NCBI GenBank assembly: GCA_041577295.1
Contig: JBFGJG010000006.1
Coordinates: 55,410-119,409, forward strand
Direction of reading: 5' to 3'
Source: Gemmatimonadales bacterium
GTDB lineage: Bacteria; Gemmatimonadota; Gemmatimonadetes; Gemmatimonadales; GWC2-71-9
Length of the DNA stretch: 64,000 nucleotides
A program made the position numbers and the translations under genes. Shown here piece by piece: positions 58,231-64,000 of this stretch; positions within the stretch are counted from its first letter, which is position 1, and every line of letters starts with the position of its first letter. The notes under the pieces are model-generated. The model saw only the letters and a program-made list of their open reading frames with translations, was not told the origin of the DNA and made no database searches.

Positions 58231-60543
58231 TCAGCGGCGGAACTTCCGACCCTTCTTGACCAGGGCGAGGATCCGTGCTGGAGTGAGCGGCAGCTCGGTT
58301 GGTTGCCTTCCGAGAGCATTGAAGAGCGCGTTCGCGATGGCCGGAGCGGTCGGAATGATGGGAGGCTCCGCCAACCCTTTGACCCCAATGTGATTGGCCA
58401 TCGGGTCACCAGCCGAGATGACACGAGCATCGATGGCGGGCACGTCGGCAAACGTTGGGATCTTATAGTCATGAAGTCCAGCGTTTAGCACGCTCCCGGC
58501 GTCCGGATCCTGAACGCGACGCTCGAAGAGCGCGTACCCCAACCCCTGAATGATCCCCCCGTGAAGCTGGCTCTCTGCCAACTCCGGATTGATCGCGCGC
58601 CCGCAGCCGTGCGCAGCGACCACACGTACCACGCGGACCACGCCGGTGTCGAGATCTACCTCGACTTCGGCTGCCTGCGCGCCCACGCTGATCACCGTGA
58701 CGCTCTGCGGGTTGGGGCCGCGGTGCCCGCGACCCACCACCATGATATTGCCAAGGTGCTCGGTCACCCGTTCGATGGTGACGGACTTTCGCCCGCCCCC
58801 AACACGTATCCGACCACGTCGCATCGTGAGGCGATCGGCACTCACCCCTAACAGAGCCGCTGCCACCTCGCAGAGCTGTCGACGCGCATCCTCGGCGGCC
58901 ATGCGAACCGCGGGCCCGACCGACGCGGTGGTCATGCTCCCCCATGAGTTCCCTGCGTAGGGTCCTGCGTCGGTGTCACCGAGCACCACACGCACGTCCT
59001 CGAGGGCCAAACCCAAGACTTCGGCCGCGATCTGTGCGAGAATCGTCCGGGTCCCAGTCCCAAGATCCTGTGTTCCCGTGACGACCAGTGCGGTGCCGTC
59101 ACGGTTTACTCGCACTTCGGCATACGCGGGGGGACCGCCCGCGGCACCCCAGATTTGGACCGCCACTCCCCAACCACGCCTCACCCTGCCTTGCGCAGGG
59201 TGTCCGCGATCCCCGTCACCCCATCCGATGCGGCGCCTTACATCAGCGAGACATGCCGGAAGCTCGTTGGTCGAGAACGGCCGGTTTCGCTCCTGGTCGC
59301 TCCGGGCGAGGTTCAGGGCACGGAATTCCACCGGGTCCATCTTGAGGCGTCGCGCCGCGAGGTCCATCGCGCTTTCGAGTGCAAAGGCCGCCTCGACATA
59401 GTACGGCGCGCGAAAGGCGCTCATCGGTCCAGAGTTGGTATAGTAGAACGTTTCGACCGTCCGGACGTTCGGGCAGTCATACAGCCGGTGGAGCAGCTGA
59501 CCGGGACTTCCGATCCAGCCATCGGCACCGAGCGCAACCCACGCCTCGAAGTCGAGCGCTCTGAGCAAACCGTCCCGGCCAGTCGCCACACTTACCGTCA
59601 TGACCATTTCCGGTCGATGTCCAGTGTCCAGACACTCTTCGGATCGATCGAGAACGAGTCGTATCGGTCGCCGGGTCTTTCGCGAGAGCAGGGCCGCCAG
59701 AAGCGTATGGGATCCACAACCGTTTTTGGCGCCGAACCCGCCGCCCATGTATCCACTGATGACCCGAATCTGTGACGTCGCAAGACCGAGATAGTCCGCG
59801 AGCTGGCGTCGGACGCGAAAGATTCCTTGCGTCGACTCGTAAACCGTGAGGCGATCCCCCTGCCACCACGCTACGGTGCCATGCGGTTCGAGTGCCTGGT
59901 GCACGACGGGCGCGACACGATACGTCTGGGTCACGACGACCGGCGCTCGCTCAATCGCTCGTCGCACGTTCCCGCGTTGCTGACGTTGTGTCACGGGATG
60001 CGCAGGCGCCCCGGGTGAGCGTCCTTTGCGATCGGTGGTCGTAACACCAACGGTGTGCGCGCGTGACGACCAGCGGACGACGATCGCGCGGATGGCCGCA
60101 TCGGCAGCGCCCAGTGTCTCCGCTGCAACTGCGGCAACCGGTTGGCCGGGGTAGAGTACGCGGGTTCCCAACAGTGGCGCTCCGTGGAGCCACGAGATAT
60201 TGGGAATGTCTCGGCCGGTGATCACCGCATGCACGCCGGGAATCGCGCGCGCAGCGCTCACGTCCAACCCTGATGCGTTGCCACGGGCGATGGGTGCCCT
60301 GAGCAATCGAGCGTGCAGCATTTGCGGGAGCTGCACGTCGGCCGTGTAGATGGCCCCTCCTGTGACCTTCGCCTCACCGTCCACTCGGTGAACCGGCTTC
60401 CCGACGAGGTCGTGGCGTGCGCGCGGACTCCATGGAACGGGTTCGAATGCGGGTATCTCAACGACGGTTTCTTCTTCGCGACCCTCCACCTCGACCGTCG
60501 TCACCACAAACCGCGGTGGCCCGTGCCCTTCTCTGGCTGTCAC
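58231..60543 (-). CDS. Xanthine dehydrogenase-family molybdopterin-binding subunit (PaoC/YagR-like)
   Basis: KVTGGAIY, GGGFGAK, AFRAP, QDLGTG, GSMT, QGLG and KGLAEPP; GTG 60543 overlaps the 2Fe-2S subunit stop. Confidence 0.93.
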   Translation of the reverse strand: MTAREGHGPPRFVVTTVEVEGREEETVVEIPAFEPVPWSPRARHDLVGKPVHRVDGEAKVTGGAIYTADVQLPQMLHARLLRAPIARGNASGLDVSAARAIPGVHAVITGRDIPNISWLHGAPLLGTRVLYPGQPVAAVAAETLGAADAAIRAIVVRWSSRAHTVGVTTTDRKGRSPGAPAHPVTQRQQRGNVRRAIERAPVVVTQTYRVAPVVHQALEPHGTVAWWQGDRLTVYESTQGIFRVRRQLADYLGLATSQIRVISGYMGGGFGAKNGCGSHTLLAALLSRKTRRPIRLVLDRSEECLDTGHRPEMVMTVSVATGRDGLLRALDFEAWVALGADGWIGSPGQLLHRLYDCPNVRTVETFYYTNSGPMSAFRAPYYVEAAFALESAMDLAARRLKMDPVEFRALNLARSDQERNRPFSTNELPACLADVRRRIGWGDGDRGHPAQGRVRRGWGVAVQIWGAAGGPPAYAEVRVNRDGTALVVTGTQDLGTGTRTILAQIAAEVLGLALEDVRVVLGDTDAGPYAGNSWGSMTTASVGPAVRMAAEDARRQLCEVAAALLGVSADRLTMRRGRIRVGGGRKSVTIERVTEHLGNIMVVGRGHRGPNPQSVTVISVGAQAAEVEVDLDTGVVRVVRVVAAHGCGRAINPELAESQLHGGIIQGLGYALFERRVQDPDAGSVLNAGLHDYKIPTFADVPAIDARVISAGDPMANHIGVKGLAEPPIIPTAPAIANALFNALGRQPTELPLTPARILALVKKGRKFRR

Positions 60544-61046
60544 TTGCGTTTCCGTCTCCGTGCAACCCTTTGAATCGCGCGAACGATCTTTGGATAGGTA
60601 CCGCACCGACAGAGATTGCCGCTCATCGCTTCCGCAATCTGGGAGGCATTGGGCCGCGGGTGTCGATCGAGGAGCGCCACTGCAGAAAGAACCTGACCGG
60701 GCGTGCAAAAGCCGCACTGCACGGCGTCAGCCTCAATAAAGGCCCGCTGCATCGGATGCAGTCTGCCACCCCGTCCCAGTCCCTCTATCGTCGTCACCCT
60801 AGCGCCGGACCAGATTGCGGCGAGCGTCACGCAGGAGTAGATGGGCCGCCCGTTCACGAGCACGGTGCACGCACCGCATTCACCCCGGTCGCAACCGGGC
60901 TTCGCACCCGTGAGGGCGAGGCGTTCTCTGAGGATTTCGAGAAGGGTCGTGCGAGGGTCGACGTCCAGCGATCGGCGGGCCCCATTGACCGTGAGGGACA
61001 CGCGTAAGCGCCCGGCGGCCCGAGGCGGTCGCGTCCCAGACCGCAT
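60540..61046 (-). CDS. Xanthine dehydrogenase-family [2Fe-2S] subunit (CoxS/PaoA-like)
   Basis: GCDRGECGACTV, QCGFCTPG and NLCRCG. Confidence 0.95.
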   Translation of the reverse strand: MRSGTRPPRAAGRLRVSLTVNGARRSLDVDPRTTLLEILRERLALTGAKPGCDRGECGACTVLVNGRPIYSCVTLAAIWSGARVTTIEGLGRGGRLHPMQRAFIEADAVQCGFCTPGQVLSAVALLDRHPRPNASQIAEAMSGNLCRCGTYPKIVRAIQRVARRRKRK

Positions 61047-61927
61047 TAGTGGATCGACTCGAGAAACTCGCCGAGCACGCGACTCACGCTGACCGGTTGT
61101 TCCAGGGGCGACAGGTGGCCGGACCCCGGGATGACGACGAAACGCGCGCCGGAAATCGCCGCCGCCATCCTGCGCGAGTGCTCCGATGGCATGATCCGAT
61201 CATCATCGCCCGTAATGACGAGTGTGGGCACCGCAATCTGCGCGAGTTGCGGGGTCGAATCGGGACGATGCTTCATGGCAATGAGGGCATCGGCGATGCC
61301 ATCCGCATTGTTGCGATCGATCATCGCCCGAACGTGCTCCACTACCTCCGGAAGACCAACAAGCGACTCACGGGCGATCAACTTGGGGAGCATCTGCTCG
61401 GCAACCACCGCGCTTCCGCGTTCGCGTGCCAGCGCCGCGAGGGCATCGCGGTTCGCGCGCCCTTCGTCTGTATCCGCCTCAGCCCGTGTGTTGCACAGCA
61501 CGAGCGCGCGGATCCGCTCAGCGTATCGGCGCACCATCTCGAACGCGAGATACCCGCCCATCGAGAGGCCGCAAATCACGGCTCGATCGAGCTCCAGCTG
61601 GTCCAAGAGCGTGGCCAAGTCATCGGCCATTTCCTGCATCCCTCGGGGGGCGGTATCGCCCAGCCGATGGGCTACGGTCCGGAGGTCGGGACAAATCCGG
61701 TAGTGACCCGTCAGCAGTCCGGTCAGCGGCCGCCACATCGTCCTATCCAGAGGGAACCCGTGAACGAAGAGGATGGGGAGGCCGTCCCCCTGCACGTCCA
61801 CGTCGATGGGAATGCCTCGAATCTCGAATGTCCGGGTACCACCCGGTTGGGACAGTCGCCGGGAGATGCGGCTACCGGGTTCGCTTGGCGACAGAGGATG
61901 CCTCCTCGATTTAATGAGGTTCTGCAC
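61046..61927 (-). CDS. Alpha/beta-fold hydrolase (enol-lactonase-like)
   Basis: HGFP oxyanion motif, GLSMGG nucleophile, GDDD and GHLSPLE; stop overlaps the next ATG (TAATG). Start uncertain. Confidence 0.88.
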   Translation of the reverse strand: MQNLIKSRRHPLSPSEPGSRISRRLSQPGGTRTFEIRGIPIDVDVQGDGLPILFVHGFPLDRTMWRPLTGLLTGHYRICPDLRTVAHRLGDTAPRGMQEMADDLATLLDQLELDRAVICGLSMGGYLAFEMVRRYAERIRALVLCNTRAEADTDEGRANRDALAALARERGSAVVAEQMLPKLIARESLVGLPEVVEHVRAMIDRNNADGIADALIAMKHRPDSTPQLAQIAVPTLVITGDDDRIMPSEHSRRMAAAISGARFVVIPGSGHLSPLEQPVSVSRVLGEFLESIH

Positions 61928-62149
61928 GAGGGCGAATCTCGCACGGGGTAAGTTAGCTTTCGTGTTGGCGAGCGAACAGCGAGGAAGTTTAGTTCCTGGA
62001 GAGATCGACTGATGGGACGATGAAGCATCAGCATTACGACACCATCACGTCATCAACTTTACACTAGTGTTTCTAATTGTGACACTGCTCTATAGTTGTT
62101 GGACTTTTCCACACCGTCTCGACAGTGATGTAGATAACTCGCCCACCGC

Positions 62150-63322
62150 ATGGACGATGGCAAAGTCATGAAGGGCTCCTCCGGGCAACCGGCTCCGCTG
62201 GTGGCGGATGACGCGACGTTCTCGCGGCTGGTCGCTACGCTGGACGGCGTTCAGCGAATTGCCCTGGATACAGAGGCCGCCTCGTTCCATCGCTACGTGG
62301 ATCGCGTGTACCTAATTCAGGTAAGCACCGACGGCGAGACCTTTCTGATCGACCCCTTGGCGGTCCAGAATCTCGACCCCATCGGCAGGTGGCTCGCGGA
62401 CTCACGGGTGGAGGTGGTCTTTCACGACGCGGATTACGACCTGCGGATTCTCGACCGAGACTTCGGCTTCCGCGCCACCACGTTGTTCGACACCCGCGTC
62501 GCGGCTCAGTTGGCCGGCGAGCCTGCGGTGGGATTGGGAGCCCTCCTGCTGAAGTATTTTGGCGTCCGGCTCAATAAAAAGCTCCAGCGAGCGGATTGGT
62601 CGCGCAGACCTCTCACCACGGAAATGCTCATCTACGCGGCAGATGACACCAGGTTTCTCCCCGCGCTCCGCGACACGCTGGAAGAACAGCTCGAGGCGAT
62701 GGGGAGACTCTCATGGGCTCAGGAAGAGTTTCGCCGCTTAGAGGAGATTCGGTGGACGGCTCCAGCCGGGAATGACGAGGAGGCGTACCTTCGTATCCGT
62801 GGTGCGAAAGCGATCAGGAGCCCGCGCACACGTGCCGTCCTGCGGGCGCTGCACAACTGGCGTGACGAGACCGCCCGCGCACGGGATCAGGCACCCTTCC
62901 GCGTTGCCGGGAACGACACACTCCTTGCCATCGCCCGGGCCGTGCCCACCAACATGGCCGCGCTAGCGGCGACGCCGGCGGTTGCCGCTACGACCGTGAA
63001 GCGTCACGGTGAGGCGATTCTCGCGGCGGTGTCCCAGGCCCTCGCTCTTCCCGAGCAGGACCTTCCGGCGATCCCCCAACGGGTACGCCCACCTCCCGAC
63101 CCGAGTTACGACCAGCGGCTGGAACGCCTGAAGCGGCTGCGGAATGATCGCGCCGCGTCCATCGACATGGATCCGGGTCTGCTGTGCCCCAACGGCACGC
63201 TGCAAGCGCTGGCTCGCGGGCTACCGACCACGGCGGCTGAGCTGGAGCTCATTCCGGAGCTACGCACGTGGCAACGGGAGGTCCTCGGTGACGAGGACAT
63301 CCTCGAGACGCTTAAGAGTTAG
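62150..63322 (+). CDS. rnd: Ribonuclease D
   Basis: ALDTE, FHDADYD, FDT, DWSRRPL and YAADD exonuclease motifs, plus HRDC domains. Confidence 0.92.
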   Translation: MDDGKVMKGSSGQPAPLVADDATFSRLVATLDGVQRIALDTEAASFHRYVDRVYLIQVSTDGETFLIDPLAVQNLDPIGRWLADSRVEVVFHDADYDLRILDRDFGFRATTLFDTRVAAQLAGEPAVGLGALLLKYFGVRLNKKLQRADWSRRPLTTEMLIYAADDTRFLPALRDTLEEQLEAMGRLSWAQEEFRRLEEIRWTAPAGNDEEAYLRIRGAKAIRSPRTRAVLRALHNWRDETARARDQAPFRVAGNDTLLAIARAVPTNMAALAATPAVAATTVKRHGEAILAAVSQALALPEQDLPAIPQRVRPPPDPSYDQRLERLKRLRNDRAASIDMDPGLLCPNGTLQALARGLPTTAAELELIPELRTWQREVLGDEDILETLKS

Positions 63323-63336
63323 GGAAGGGAAGAGGG

Positions 63337-63693
63337 CTAGAAGCCGAGGAACGAGCGGACTTTTGGATCGATCCGTTCAGGGGTCCAGAACGGCTCCCAC
63401 ACTAGCTCGATGTTGACGTCCTCGACTCCGTCGAGGCTGCGAACAACCTGATCCGATTCGCCCATGATCTGACCACCGGCCGGACACCCGGGGGACGTGA
63501 GCGTCATCTTCACGTCCACCTTGCCGCCGTCGATCTCCACATCGTAGATGAGACCGAGGTCGACGATGTTCAGACCAGCCTCAGGATCCTTGACTCGCCG
63601 TAGTGCGCGGCGCACGACGTCCTCGGTCAGACCCTCGGGTTCTGGGGTTTCGGAATCGTCCGGCTGCGGTTGGTCTCGCTCTATCTCGTCCAT
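63337..63693 (-). CDS. sufT: DUF59/SufT metal-sulfur cluster assembly factor
   Basis: DPE..NIVDLGLIY, MTLTSPGCP and VWEPFWTPE. Confidence 0.88.
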   Translation of the reverse strand: MDEIERDQPQPDDSETPEPEGLTEDVVRRALRRVKDPEAGLNIVDLGLIYDVEIDGGKVDVKMTLTSPGCPAGGQIMGESDQVVRSLDGVEDVNIELVWEPFWTPERIDPKVRSFLGF

Positions 63694-63704
63694 ATATAGC
63701 AAAG

Positions 63705-63998
63705 TTAGTGGCGCGCGGCGGAACCGCCAAGCCACGCATCCTGCGACTCGCGATCGCGATCGCTGGCGGCCCGCGGTTCACACGGCGTCTTGACCGGCGA
63801 GGCCTTCTCGTCTTCACGCAATTGGACGGCTGCATCGGCGATCGCGCCGCGAACGCCTTTGAGCGCAGAAATCGATCGCCGGACTTTGGGAGCAAACACT
63901 CTGTTGGTCAGCACGATGATAAACAGATCGAGCGCGGGATCGATCCACAGCGAGGTGCCGGTGTAGCCGCCATGTCCAAAGGCCTCACTGGTCAGCCG
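63705..63998 (-). CDS. Serine hydrolase (beta-lactamase family), C-terminal fragment (runs off the window end)
   Basis: Manual translation RLTSEAFGHGGYTGTSLWIDPALDLFIIVLTNRVF matches the FGHxGxTGTxxWIDP..LTNR signature. Confidence 0.8.
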   Translation of the reverse strand, partial: RLTSEAFGHGGYTGTSLWIDPALDLFIIVLTNRVFAPKVRRSISALKGVRGAIADAAVQLREDEKASPVKTPCEPRAASDRDRESQDAWLGGSAARH

Positions 63999-64000
63999 GG

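Noticed and set aside
56688..60717. Long N-terminal extensions of thiI (to 58472) and the Mo subunit (to 60717); likewise DUF1015 (to 29588)
   Set aside because: The extensions overlap upstream genes; internal starts fit family N-termini and operon spacing.
1..64000. Prophage, IS, defence island, tRNA or rRNA
   Set aside because: No integrase, transposase, phage structural genes or recognisable structural RNA by eye. A covariance-model scan would be needed to exclude small ncRNAs.

Overview
A GC-rich bacterial core-genome window with about 57 densely packed CDSs. The gene repertoire resembles Gemmatimonadota (my inference). It is probably origin-proximal, because it carries mnmG, two parS palindromes and parA-parB. 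I recognised no rRNA, tRNA, CRISPR array, integrase or transposase. Main blocks: (i) an unannotated SelW/Rdx-type selenoprotein (CxxU plus SECIS-like hairpin) heading a selW-pfkA-DEAH helicase run, where the helicase motif Ia lies before Walker A; (ii) MCP, OmpA and a glycoside hydrolase-like protein; (iii) a swivel-first aconitase-family enzyme, M28 peptidase, regulators, Lon, a Ser/Thr kinase and a fused E1 dehydrogenase; (iv) fadI-fadJ-proline dehydrogenase-rsgA-DUF1015; (v) a GlpD-like protein with altered active-site motifs, a DHS-like protein, LOG and queG; (vi) parA-parB-M23-bactofilin-Nif3; (vii) a sufR-sufBCDSU-Rieske operon with two SufR-type operators; (viii) a xanthine-oxidase-family molybdoenzyme cluster interrupted by a rhodanese-containing thiI, with mocA-like, def, rnd and sufT nearby. 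All calls come from motif recognition by eye; no searches were run.
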